64,000 nt of DNA from Candidatus Aenigmatarchaeota archaeon. Its GTDB lineage: Archaea > Aenigmatarchaeota > Aenigmatarchaeia > CG10238-14 > SpSt-28. Below the pieces are notes generated by a model that was given only the letters and a program-made list of their open reading frames with translations, was not told where the DNA came from and did no database searches. The stretch spans positions 199,863 through 263,862 of the forward strand of contig JAVYPJ010000001.1 of assembly GCA_038733315.1 (NCBI GenBank). The letters are read 5' to 3'. Below, one piece after another: positions 50,201 through 60,107 of the stretch (its first letter is position 1; the number at the start of each line of letters is the position of its first letter). The position numbers and the translations under genes are program-made.

Positions 50201-50956
50201 ATGTTAAAAGTAGGAATTGTTGGTGGTGGTTCGATGGGACAATGGTTAAAAAAAGAGATATCAAAAAAACATAAAGTTTTAATATACGATTCAGATAAAA
50301 GAAAAAGTGACACATCTAGCTTAAATGAGCTATCTAAATTTTCAGATGTGTTAATAGTGGCTGTACCATTTTGGATTACTGCAAAAGTATTACACCAGAT
50401 TATTCCATATGCTGAAAATAAGCTTGTGATGGATATATCAACATTTAAAGAAGGACTTATCGATGTTTATAAAAAATATCCAAAAAAATCAAAAATAGCT
50501 ACTATACATCCTATGTTTGGTCCTGGTGCAAAAACAATAAAAAAACAAAAGATTTTAGTGATGAAAATTCCAAATAGAGATGGGCTTGATGATGCAATTA
50601 AGTTCTGGAAAAATTTGGGAGCAAGGGTTTATATAGTTGACTTAAAAAAACATGATTATTATATTTCTTATACTATTGCCCTTAGCTATGCAATAGGTTT
50701 AGCGTTGGCTAGGATTTATGAGGATCTCGGAAAAGATGTGTTTAAATATGGTGGTACATCCTTTAGATGGTTAGTTACTTATTCATCTTCTCTTTTACTT
50801 GACAAAAATTCTCGATTTTATGCTGAAAAAGCTCCATTAGATAAATTTATAAGGGCATTAAAGAAGAAAAGCATTCCAAAACCACTAATAAATCCAAAAA
50901 TAGCTTATCAAAAATTCTATAAAGTGCTTAGTAATCTTGATTACAGAGATGTTTAA
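50201..50956 (+). CDS. Prephenate dehydrogenase (TyrA-like)
   Basis: VGGGSMG, AVP, DISTFK, HPMFGP, HD. Confidence 0.85.
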   Translation: MLKVGIVGGGSMGQWLKKEISKKHKVLIYDSDKRKSDTSSLNELSKFSDVLIVAVPFWITAKVLHQIIPYAENKLVMDISTFKEGLIDVYKKYPKKSKIATIHPMFGPGAKTIKKQKILVMKIPNRDGLDDAIKFWKNLGARVYIVDLKKHDYYISYTIALSYAIGLALARIYEDLGKDVFKYGGTSFRWLVTYSSSLLLDKNSRFYAEKAPLDKFIRALKKKSIPKPLINPKIAYQKFYKVLSNLDYRDV

Positions 50957-52115
50957 AGATAAGAAGATTAGCGAAACTATAAAAGAAAATAATATAAAAA
51001 TAGAGTTTGAAAGGCCAATTTGTAAACATTTTGAAAAGTGTGGCGGCTGCTTATTTCAAAACATTTCATATAAAACAGAGAAAGAAATTAAATTAAAAAT
51101 TGCTGAAAAACATCTAAGCTTTATAGATAATTTGAAGTTAATTTTTTTCGAAAGTAAAAAGAGATTTTATTATCGAAATAGAATGGATTATTCTATTGTT
51201 AGAAAAAATGGTAAAATACTAATAGGTTTGAAAGAGTATGGAAAGTGGTATGAGGTTATTGATTTAGAGGAATGTTATTTACTTAGTGAAGAAACAAGCG
51301 AAATATTAAAAAGAACTAGGGATTTTATTATAAAAAATAATTTAGAGGCATATGATTTAATAAATAGATGTGGTAATGTAAGATATATAGTAATAAGAGA
51401 AGGTAAAAATACTAAAAAAAGATTAATTTCGATAATAGTAAAAGAAAGCTTTCCTATCGAAAATTATTCAGAAGAAATGAAAGATTTAGCTAATTCTTTT
51501 GTTTTAGCTATAAATGATACGTTAGCTGATATATCTTTTGGAAAGGTTGAAAAGTATATTGGAAACGTTTTTAGTGAAAGAGTATTAGATAAAGAATTTA
51601 TAATTCCCCCATTTTCATTTTTTCAGTCGAATACTGAAATGGCTGAAATTATGGTTAAAGAGGCTAAAGAATTCTTAGATGGTAAAATTTTAGCAGATTT
51701 ATATTGTGGCGTAGGACTTTTTGGAATAAGTTTTGCCGAGAATTTTGATGAGGTTATTGGAATTGAAATAGATGAAAATGCGGTAAACGCTGCTAAGTTG
51801 AATGCTACGAATAACGGAATAAAGAATGCTAATTTCATTGAAGCTAAGGTTGAAGATAAAATAAAAGATATTAATAGCGATTTTGTAGTTGTTGACCCAC
51901 CAAGAGCTGGATTGTCTAATAAAGTTATAAACAGGATTACCAAAAATAAAAACATAAAGAAAATTCTTTATTATTCTTGCAATGTAGAAACTTTTGCTAG
52001 AGATTTGAAAAAACTTTCTAATAGTTTTAAGATACACGAAAGCATAAAGATTTTTGACCAATTCCCTTTAACTAAGCATTTTGAGCTTCTTGCTTTCTTA
52101 GAGAGAAAAGAATAA
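50937..52115 (+). CDS. RlmD/TrmA-family RNA m5U methyltransferase
   Basis: CKHF..CGGC Fe-S motif, FFQSN, DLYCGVG, VDPPRAG, YSC, DQFP.T.H.E; no TRAM domain. Confidence 0.92.
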   Translation: MITEMFKDKKISETIKENNIKIEFERPICKHFEKCGGCLFQNISYKTEKEIKLKIAEKHLSFIDNLKLIFFESKKRFYYRNRMDYSIVRKNGKILIGLKEYGKWYEVIDLEECYLLSEETSEILKRTRDFIIKNNLEAYDLINRCGNVRYIVIREGKNTKKRLISIIVKESFPIENYSEEMKDLANSFVLAINDTLADISFGKVEKYIGNVFSERVLDKEFIIPPFSFFQSNTEMAEIMVKEAKEFLDGKILADLYCGVGLFGISFAENFDEVIGIEIDENAVNAAKLNATNNGIKNANFIEAKVEDKIKDINSDFVVVDPPRAGLSNKVINRITKNKNIKKILYYSCNVETFARDLKKLSNSFKIHESIKIFDQFPLTKHFELLAFLERKE

Positions 52116-52138
52116 ATATTTACTGTTTAGTAATAATT

Positions 52139-52549
52139 ATGAGGACAAAAGAATTAATTAACCTCTTTTCGGTAGTTATACTATCTTTAATTAGCTTAAC
52201 TTACGTTCACGAAATAGGACACGCTTTTTTTGCAAGATTAAATGGATGCGAAACTAAGTCGTTAATTTTTGATAATGGTTTAGCTTCTTATACACTTGTT
52301 GCATGCGAGAAAAATAACGATATGCTAATTATTCTTGGAGGATTAATTTTTACCTTAGCATTTTCCTTAGTTTTTTTAACTTTTGGAAAAGAATTTTATG
52401 TTTTATCGATATCTATTTCTTTTCTTTTAGCTCTGGAAGATTTAAGTTTTTTCGTTAGCACTTTTTATATAATAATTTTTTCGTCTTTACTCTCTTTTTT
52501 TGGATACTTGAAGTTTTTTGAAAATATGAATAAAAAGAAAAATAAGTGA
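52139..52549 (+). CDS. Small M50-like membrane zinc protease domain protein
   Basis: HEIGH within a TM region; hydrophobic. Confidence 0.65.
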   Translation: MRTKELINLFSVVILSLISLTYVHEIGHAFFARLNGCETKSLIFDNGLASYTLVACEKNNDMLIILGGLIFTLAFSLVFLTFGKEFYVLSISISFLLALEDLSFFVSTFYIIIFSSLLSFFGYLKFFENMNKKKNK

Positions 52550-52555
52550 GTTTTG

Positions 52556-53419
52556 TTATTTGTTTTTTGACAATATATCTACATATCTTTCGAGCCTATC
52601 TGGAAAAACTGTAACAACACTTTCAAATTTATATTTTTTCTTTATAATTTTGGCGGCTAAAAAATTCGCTCCCGATGAAATACCAACCATTAAGCCATAT
52701 TTTTTATTTAAGTATTTTGTTGTTTTTATAGCATCTCTGTTTTTAATTTCAATTACTTCATCAATTAAACTTTTGTTAAGGTCTATAATTTTTTGCATGG
52801 TTTCGTTTTTTCCTATTAATCCTTCTATTTTGTTTGGAATTTCAGCAGGTCTTACACCAAAAATTTTTGTGTTAGGATTTTTTTCTTTTAGGGCTTTTGC
52901 AACCCCAACTAAAGTTCCGCCAGTTCCAATTCCAGCTACAAAAGCATCTATTCTCTTTACTTGGTTTAATATTTCTTTGCCAGTTGTTTTATAATGACAT
53001 TCTACATTATCTAAGTTTTCAAATTGCATTGGCAACCAAACTTTTTTATATTTCTTTGCCAGCTCTTTAACTTTTTTCATAGCAGCTTCTCTTGTATTTT
53101 CCGGAATTAAAACACACTTACCTCCTAATAATTCGATAATTTTTGGTTTTGTAGATTTAATATCCTTTGACATTACTGCTATGAATTTAAATCCAAGAAT
53201 TGCCGAAAGCATAGCGAAGGAAATTCCTGTATTTCCAGAAGTTACCTCTATTATAGTGTATCCAGGTTTTAATTCTCCTCTCTCAATAGCTTTTTCTATC
53301 ATATATTTCGCTATCCTATCTTTAATAGAGCCCGATGGATTAAAAATCTCTAGCTTCGCCCAAATTCCTTCGATATTTATTATGGGTGTGTTTCCAATCT
53401 TATCTAGAAAAATCTTCAT
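52556..53419 (-). CDS. cysK: Cysteine synthase-family PLP enzyme
   Basis: IGNTP, KLE..NP.GS.KDR, TSGNTG, QF.N..N, GTGGT, GISSGAN. Confidence 0.9.
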   Translation of the reverse strand: MKIFLDKIGNTPIINIEGIWAKLEIFNPSGSIKDRIAKYMIEKAIERGELKPGYTIIEVTSGNTGISFAMLSAILGFKFIAVMSKDIKSTKPKIIELLGGKCVLIPENTREAAMKKVKELAKKYKKVWLPMQFENLDNVECHYKTTGKEILNQVKRIDAFVAGIGTGGTLVGVAKALKEKNPNTKIFGVRPAEIPNKIEGLIGKNETMQKIIDLNKSLIDEVIEIKNRDAIKTTKYLNKKYGLMVGISSGANFLAAKIIKKKYKFESVVTVFPDRLERYVDILSKNK

Positions 53420-53455
53420 AAAATCTATAATTTTCGTCGAAAACGCTAATAAATA

Positions 53456-54706
53456 TTATCTCTTCACTTTTTGTCTAGTTTCTTTATAGTTAACGATAGG
53501 CGAAGGATATCCTGGTATTTTATAAGTTATGGGATCGTGTAAATAAATACAAGGGACATCTTTTAATTCTGGTATATAAGTTTTGATGTATTCACATTTC
53601 GGATCTAATTCTTTGGATTGTTTAACTGGGTTAAAAATTCTTATAGCATAATCTGTTCCTACAGAAGCTACCCATTGCCAATTTCCAACGTTTACAACTT
53701 CGTCATAATCTATAAGATGCTTACTGAAGAATTTTTCTCCTAAACGCCAATCTCCTCCTAAATCTTTTGTGAAGAAGCTAGCTAGTAGCATTCTAAGTCT
53801 GTTGTGAATCCATTTTTCTGATTTTAATTGTCTTATAGCAGCATCAATAATAGGATATCCAGTTTCTCCATTATAAAAAGCATGTAGATGCGAATTTTCC
53901 CATTTTATATTTCTTCTATCTTCTCTAAGCTCTAAGTTGTTCATATACGGATATAAATTTTTTAATGCATACCAATATTCTCTCCAAGCAAGTTCTCTTA
54001 TAAAATCTTCACTAATTTTGCCTAAATTATAAATGTGGCGTATCGATAATATACCAAATCTAATATATGGAGATAAGCGTGTAGATCCATTTAAAAATTT
54101 TCTTAATTCTTTATACTTTGAAAAATCGTACTTCAAAACTTTTTCTGCATCGTATGCATTAAATTTATTAATTTCGTATTTTAACTTCTTAGTTGCTTCT
54201 TGCCAAGTTGGTTCTTCTTTTGGATTAAGAAATTTAACGTTAAATTTCTGAATAATTTCTAAATCTAGGTTTTCTTTCCATTTTTTATAAAAACTTGAAA
54301 AGTACCAAAAATTTTTTATTTTTCTAAAATCAGCTAAAAAATTATCGAAGACTTTTATAAATCTTACTTTTTTATTAATAGCTAGCGTTTCAACTTTTTT
54401 TAATCTTTCTTCTCCACTCCAAGTAAAAGCCTCAGCTGTAACAATTGCTTTTGGTTTATATTTTTCTATTAGATAATCAAAAATTTCTAAAGTCTTACCT
54501 ACGTAAACTTTTAGTGGAATTTCTTCGGAAAGTTTTTGTAGTGCAGTTATTATAAAACCTAGTCTTAAATCGTAAGCTTCAAATTTATCGAGTATATAAG
54601 TATCTATAATAAATATTGGTAGTACTTCTCCCAATTTAGATGCTGCGTATAGAGCTCTATTATCATATACTCTAAGATCTCTTTTAAACCAAAATATGAT
54701 TGTCAT
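53456..54706 (-). CDS. phrB: Class I DNA photolyase
   Basis: WF.RDLR..DN.AL, LSPY.RFG, EL.WRE, TGYP.IDA, HNR.RM, N.GNWQW, RIFNP. Confidence 0.94.
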   Translation of the reverse strand: MTIIFWFKRDLRVYDNRALYAASKLGEVLPIFIIDTYILDKFEAYDLRLGFIITALQKLSEEIPLKVYVGKTLEIFDYLIEKYKPKAIVTAEAFTWSGEERLKKVETLAINKKVRFIKVFDNFLADFRKIKNFWYFSSFYKKWKENLDLEIIQKFNVKFLNPKEEPTWQEATKKLKYEINKFNAYDAEKVLKYDFSKYKELRKFLNGSTRLSPYIRFGILSIRHIYNLGKISEDFIRELAWREYWYALKNLYPYMNNLELREDRRNIKWENSHLHAFYNGETGYPIIDAAIRQLKSEKWIHNRLRMLLASFFTKDLGGDWRLGEKFFSKHLIDYDEVVNVGNWQWVASVGTDYAIRIFNPVKQSKELDPKCEYIKTYIPELKDVPCIYLHDPITYKIPGYPSPIVNYKETRQKVKR

Positions 54707-54709
54707 AAA

Positions 54710-54930
54710 AATTTAAATTGTGTTTTAGTTATCGTTATAGGAATGTTATTTTTTATCATGGTGACTTAATTCTTGAAAAAAATTAGATTATTTAAGTGCA
54801 AAGGTTTGGATTTTTAAATATCTAATTTCTTTGTCGTGGATCTCCTAGCATTTTTCCATCTTTATAGATCCACGATAACGATCTATTTATTTTTTAATCC
54901 TAAGATATAATATTATTGAGATTTACGCGG
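54710..54930 (+). promoter_or_regulatory. CRISPR leader (shared with divergent photolyase promoter region)
   Basis: AT-rich non-coding stretch next to the first repeat; opposite end of the array has the degenerate repeat; TATA-like TTTAAATA near 54813. Confidence 0.7.
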
Positions 54931-57170
54931 GTTAGAATCAGACTAATGTAGGATTGAAAGTTTTTAAGCTGATTTGAACAATTTTAAAAATATCATGTTA
55001 GAATCAGACTAATGTAGGATTGAAAGTAAGCTAATGCATACGCAATAACAAGAATTTCTAATGTTAGAATCAGACTAATGTAGGATTGAAAGTTTTTTAA
55101 TTTTTTTATTTTTACGATAACCTCTTCACCTTTTTTGTTAGAATCAGACTAATGTAGGATTGAAAGCTATTTAACAAGAATTGTATTGCTTTTATTACAG
55201 CAGTTAGAATCAGACTAATGTAGGATTGAAAGATTTCTTGAATAGATTGATGAATTTGTTGTTGTGATTGATTAAATGTTTTTAAGGTTAGAATCAGACT
55301 AATGTAGGATTGAAAGATTTCTTGAATAGATTGATGAATTTGTTGTTGTGATTGATTAAATGTTTTTAAGGTTAGAATCAGACTAATGTAGGATTGAAAG
55401 TTATTAGATGTAAAAACTAAAATTGATAATGATGGGTTAGAATCAGACTAATGTAGGATTGAAAGTTAAATTTCACATATACATTAACTGGAGTTCACAT
55501 ATATTGTTAGAATCAGACTAATGTAGGATTGAAAGATTTTTTCTCTAAACTCTTTTATTTTTTCATCCTCTATTGTTAGAATCAGACTAATGTAGGATTG
55601 AAAGGCAAATACTTTATTAAATTCTGTTCCAGAAATTGAGAATTAAAATCAGACTAATGTAGGATTGAAAGTAAAATTCAGAACAGATAATAAAATGATT
55701 ATAATAAGTAAATTAAAATCAGACTAATGTAGGATTGAAAGTTTACTAATTCGTTTAGCTCATTTAACTTATTTGTTAAATTAAAATCAGACTAATGTAG
55801 GATTGAAAGTGGGCAACTTCCAGAGTAGTCTAATAGCTCAAAACCAATTAAAATCAGACTAATGTAGGATTGAAAGTTTATTAGCAACAATTTTCAGTTT
55901 AATTTTTATTTTATTAAAATCAGACTAATGTAGGATTGAAAGTCGAGGTTATGCAAAACATAAGTTCTGCTTGTATATATTAAAATCAGACTAATGTAGG
56001 ATTGAAAGGCGTTTCAGAACTAAACGGTAATAAAAAAATTGAAATATTAAAATCAGACTAATGTAGGATTGAAAGAAATTTTGATAAATTATCTAAAACG
56101 CATGTTAAAACATTATTAAAATCAGACTAATGTAGGATTGAAAGATATCTTCAATACCCTTAATTGCATTGCTCAACATTACTAAAATTAAAATCAGACT
56201 AATGTAGGATTGAAAGCTAATTATGCAATGAATAAAAACAATTTCCTAATTAATTAAAATCAGACTAATGTAGGATTGAAAGATAATTATAATTATGTCA
56301 TAACTTCCTTAAATACTTTATTAAAATCAGACTAATGTAGGATTGAAAGTTCAAATTCTGCAAACCATGCAAAAATACTTAAAATTATTAAAATCAGACT
56401 AATGTAGGATTGAAAGAATAAAAAAAGTTATGTATTTTTATTAACGCTTGATAATTAAAATCAGACTAATGTAGGATTGAAAGTTAAAACTACTCTCAAG
56501 TTTACAAAAATTTTCAACAAATTAAAATCAGACTAATGTAGGATTGAAAGTTGTATTTTTTAAGATTTGAAATTTGATTTCTATCTATTATATATTAAAA
56601 TCAGACTAATGTAGGATTGAAAGGTTTATACTATTACTTCAGAGGCGCAGTTTCAGGATATTAAAATCAGACTAATGTAGGATTGAAAGCTAGCTCTTAT
56701 TAACAAATTATAAAAATAAGAATATTATTAAAATCAGACTAATGTAGGATTGAAAGACACTAACATCAAAATTATACAAAAAACTAATATTTATTAGAAT
56801 CAGACTAATGTAGGATTGAAAGGTATATATTCTTAAAGCTTCATCCAAGTATATATCTCCAGTATTAGAATCAGACTAATGTAGGATTGAAAGGCTGAAT
56901 GCTAATACTAATCCTAATATGACAAATATTATATTAGAATCAGACTAATGTAGGATTGAAAGCTACTAAGACAAGGCTTAGTACGAGCGGCATTAGGTTT
57001 TGATTAGAATCAGACTAATGTAGGATTGAAAGAATAATGCACTTTTAATATGTAGCCACGCCAATCTTAATATTAGAATCAGACTAATGTAGGATTGAAA
57101 GTTTATATATTCTCTTTTAACATACTCAAAAATAATATATGTTAGAATCAGACTAATGTAGGATTGAAAT
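54931..57170 (+). CRISPR. CRISPR array, 33 repeats / 32 spacers
   Basis: 30-bp repeat RTTARAATCAGACTAATGTAGGATTGAAAG; ATTGAAAG 3' handle gives + orientation; terminal repeat ends GAAAT; spacers mostly 35-44 nt. Confidence 0.99.
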
Positions 57171-57244
57171 TATCTCGTTTTTATAATATAGTTTTTTGCA
57201 CTATCTCAGTATTTGGATAAGGAAACAAAATTATATTATATTTT

Positions 57245-58030
57245 ATGAGAATTCTCTTAAAATTAATATCAGAAAAAGATAGTGAATATGATTTAAAGTA
57301 TTTTCACAAATTGCAGGGTTTTATTTATAGCTTGCTTAAAGAAACTCCTTATAGTGTTTTACATGATAAGAAAGGATATAAATTTTTTTGTTTTTCTAAT
57401 ATTTTTCCTATTGGTAGATTAAAAGTGGGTGATACAAGAAATTTACTAATATCATCTCCAGATGAACTTTTTATTAGATTTTTAGAGCAAAGATTAAAAA
57501 GCTTAATGGATATAGGAAAAACAATTTATATTGGTGAAATGTCTTTCAAAATAGAAGATATAAAGCTAATAAAAATAAAATTGAGAAAAGACACTACTTT
57601 AATTAGTGCAACGCCAATTGTAATAAGAATTCCAGAAAGAAATTACGAAAAGTATAATATACCAGAAGAATATAGAAAAAAAAGATATGTTTATTGGCGT
57701 CCTATCTTTGGTTTAGAAGCTTTTAAAAAACAGCTAGAGGAAAATCTTTTTAAAAAATACAAAGAATTTTATAAAGTTGAAGTAGAAGAATTTCCTCTAT
57801 TTGAACAAGTAAAGTTTAATAAAGAAGTTTGTAGTCACGTAATTATAAATGGCATAGAACATAGAGTAATAGGAAGTATTTGGGAGTTTGTATTTAGTTA
57901 TTTGGACAAGGAACAAAAAAAGATTTTAGAGTTTGGAATTGATTGCGGATTTGGAGAAAGAAATAGCTTGGGATTTGGGTTTATTAATGCTATTAGAGTT
58001 AAAAAAAATTTAAGAATCAAAAAATTTTAA
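57245..58030 (+). CDS. cas6: CRISPR endoribonuclease Cas6
   Basis: QGFIY, LH...GYK.F.FS, C-terminal GFGERNSLGFG Gly loop. Confidence 0.96.
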   Translation: MRILLKLISEKDSEYDLKYFHKLQGFIYSLLKETPYSVLHDKKGYKFFCFSNIFPIGRLKVGDTRNLLISSPDELFIRFLEQRLKSLMDIGKTIYIGEMSFKIEDIKLIKIKLRKDTTLISATPIVIRIPERNYEKYNIPEEYRKKRYVYWRPIFGLEAFKKQLEENLFKKYKEFYKVEVEEFPLFEQVKFNKEVCSHVIINGIEHRVIGSIWEFVFSYLDKEQKKILEFGIDCGFGERNSLGFGFINAIRVKKNLRIKKF

Positions 58031-58200
58031 AATTTTTAAGTATTGCATTAGAAAGGTAACACTTTACGTTATTTTTAGAAATTGATAATTAGATGGGTTT
58101 CGTTTTATAGTGAAAAAATTTAACTAATCATGTTTATATATTATTTTTATATACTACGTAATATAGAAATCTTTTTATATTTAGATTTAAAAATTAGTTT

Positions 58201-58488
58201 ATGATATTTGAAGAAGTTTGGAATTGGGCATTTGCAGTAGGTAAGGAAATAAAAAATAAAGACGAGAAACTTTTGAGATCACTAATCTTTGAAATAAGAG
58301 GCGAAGAAACACCGGGAAGATTTTTAGAGAAGCTAGCAAACAAATTATCTGAATATAAAACAAATAGAAATATATCAATAGATATATCTTTCAAACCGGA
58401 GTTATTTAAAGAAAAATGGCATGGAGACAAGTTTTACTATATGAAAGCTGCAATTCTAAGCGCCTTAACTAATGCATTAAGAGGATAA
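58201..58488 (+). CDS. Probable Cascade small subunit (Csa5/Cas11)
   Basis: 95-aa all-helical ORF immediately upstream of cas7; called mainly from position and size. Confidence 0.65.
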   Translation: MIFEEVWNWAFAVGKEIKNKDEKLLRSLIFEIRGEETPGRFLEKLANKLSEYKTNRNISIDISFKPELFKEKWHGDKFYYMKAAILSALTNALRG

Positions 58489-58490
58489 AC

Positions 58491-59432
58491 ATGACCAAGG
58501 TAGTACAGATATCTATACTTGGAAAAATTTCTGGTAATGTAAATGCAGACGAAGTAATAGGTACAAGAATTACTCTGAAGAAAATGTATTCTTCTGGAGG
58601 AGAAGTTTTACCATTCGTTTCAGCAAGAGCTATAAAATTTGCAATAAGAAAAGCGTTATACGAAAAGGGGTTTAAGGTAGATCCTCTGTATGTAAATCCA
58701 AATGCAAAAAGAACACGACTTAGCGATAGCGCTAAGCCACACGAATATATAGATAACGATATCTTCGGTTATATGCGAACTTTAAGAGGAGAAGAAGAAG
58801 GGGCATCATTAAAAAGGCAAGCACCAATAGCTCTTTCGTATTTTAAAGCATTAAGGGATACTCCAATAAAAGCTGAGTTTGCAGCAAAATTTCCTAGGCC
58901 ATGGGGTATACAAGAAAGCCCAGTACCTTTTGAAATAGAGGTAGCAGAGTATATTGGAAAAATAAATTGCATTATGTACGATTACATTGGTGATTTTACT
59001 TTAGATAGAAAAATAGCTGAAAGTATTAAAGATAATGAAGAGGCAAAAAAATTCTTGAAGGAAGTACCTCAAAGTATAACTCCTCAGCAAAGAAAGGAAA
59101 GAATAAAGGCTTTTTGTGAGGTATTTCTCACACCTACATACGTTCTTCCTCGTGCTACAAATTCTCTGAATATTCCAGAATATATAGCGGGCTTAGTTGT
59201 ACTCTCGGAAAAAGGACCGCTTCCAGTTTTTCAATATCTAAATTATGACTTTGAGAAAAATGAAATAGATATAGAGAGCTTAAAGAGAATGATGGAAAGG
59301 AAAGAAGTAAAAGAGAATATTAAGAAAATTTTCCTAATAGATTACAAAGGAAAGATAACCAATATACCAGACGGAATAAAAAAAGTAACTAGTGTAGATT
59401 CGGTTATCAACGAGATAGTTGATTTCCTCTAG
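58491..59432 (+). CDS. cas7: Cas7 (DevR/Csa2-like)
   Basis: N.N.DE..G....LKK, PFVS..AIK..IR, D.DIFGYM, KR..P...S. Confidence 0.92.
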   Translation: MTKVVQISILGKISGNVNADEVIGTRITLKKMYSSGGEVLPFVSARAIKFAIRKALYEKGFKVDPLYVNPNAKRTRLSDSAKPHEYIDNDIFGYMRTLRGEEEGASLKRQAPIALSYFKALRDTPIKAEFAAKFPRPWGIQESPVPFEIEVAEYIGKINCIMYDYIGDFTLDRKIAESIKDNEEAKKFLKEVPQSITPQQRKERIKAFCEVFLTPTYVLPRATNSLNIPEYIAGLVVLSEKGPLPVFQYLNYDFEKNEIDIESLKRMMERKEVKENIKKIFLIDYKGKITNIPDGIKKVTSVDSVINEIVDFL

Positions 59433-59441
59433 GTTAGCGTA

Positions 59442-60107
59442 ATGAAAGCAATTGTAGTAAGAATAGCGTTTTCTGAAGCGTTTTTTAAAGTACATTATAC
59501 TAAAACCTCTAGACTAACATATCCTATACCATTACCAACTAGTGTAGCTGGAATTTTTGGTAGTATGTTAGGTTTATCTAGGAGAGAGGCTTCTCAAAGA
59601 TTTAAAAAATACTTTTTTGGTGCTGCTCTGGTTAAGGGAGATGATTATCGTGAGGCAAGAGAAATTGCAACATATATTCTTCATAAAAAGAAAACAAAAG
59701 GCGTTGAAAATATTCATATAATTAACGAACCGACCTACTTTATTTCTATTGCTGGAGAGGATTTAGATGAAATTTATGCTAAACTGAAGAGAAATATAGA
59801 ATATCTACCTTTTGGTGGGCAAAATGATTTCTTTGCAAAAGATTGGGAAGTTTTAGAATATAAAGATACAAGCTTTTCAACGGAAATTTCGAATTATTTA
59901 CCATTAGAATGGTTTCAACCACTTCGAGCAGTTCGTTTTGAAGTATTGCCTGTAATGCACAAACTTTCTCCAAATCCTGATTTTGTTTTTATTTTAGACG
60001 GAAGAGGAAAATCTAGAAAAAAAATTTTAGTTTGTGAGGTTGAAGGGAAAAATATAGGTCTCTATAAACTAGAAGATTTTTATTGTGTTGGAGAGTGGTC
60101 GATATAA
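59442..60107 (+). CDS. cas5: Cas5
   Basis: A.FK......RLTYP.P.PT.V.G..G..LG; LP.GGQND. Confidence 0.92.
   Translation: MKAIVVRIAFSEAFFKVHYTKTSRLTYPIPLPTSVAGIFGSMLGLSRREASQRFKKYFFGAALVKGDDYREAREIATYILHKKKTKGVENIHIINEPTYFISIAGEDLDEIYAKLKRNIEYLPFGGQNDFFAKDWEVLEYKDTSFSTEISNYLPLEWFQPLRAVRFEVLPVMHKLSPNPDFVFILDGRGKSRKKILVCEVEGKNIGLYKLEDFYCVGEWSI

Noticed and set aside
54961..57140. Self-targeting spacers or an anti-repeat/tracrRNA
   Set aside because: None spotted by eye, and no class 2 effector is present; a computed alignment is needed to exclude self-matches.
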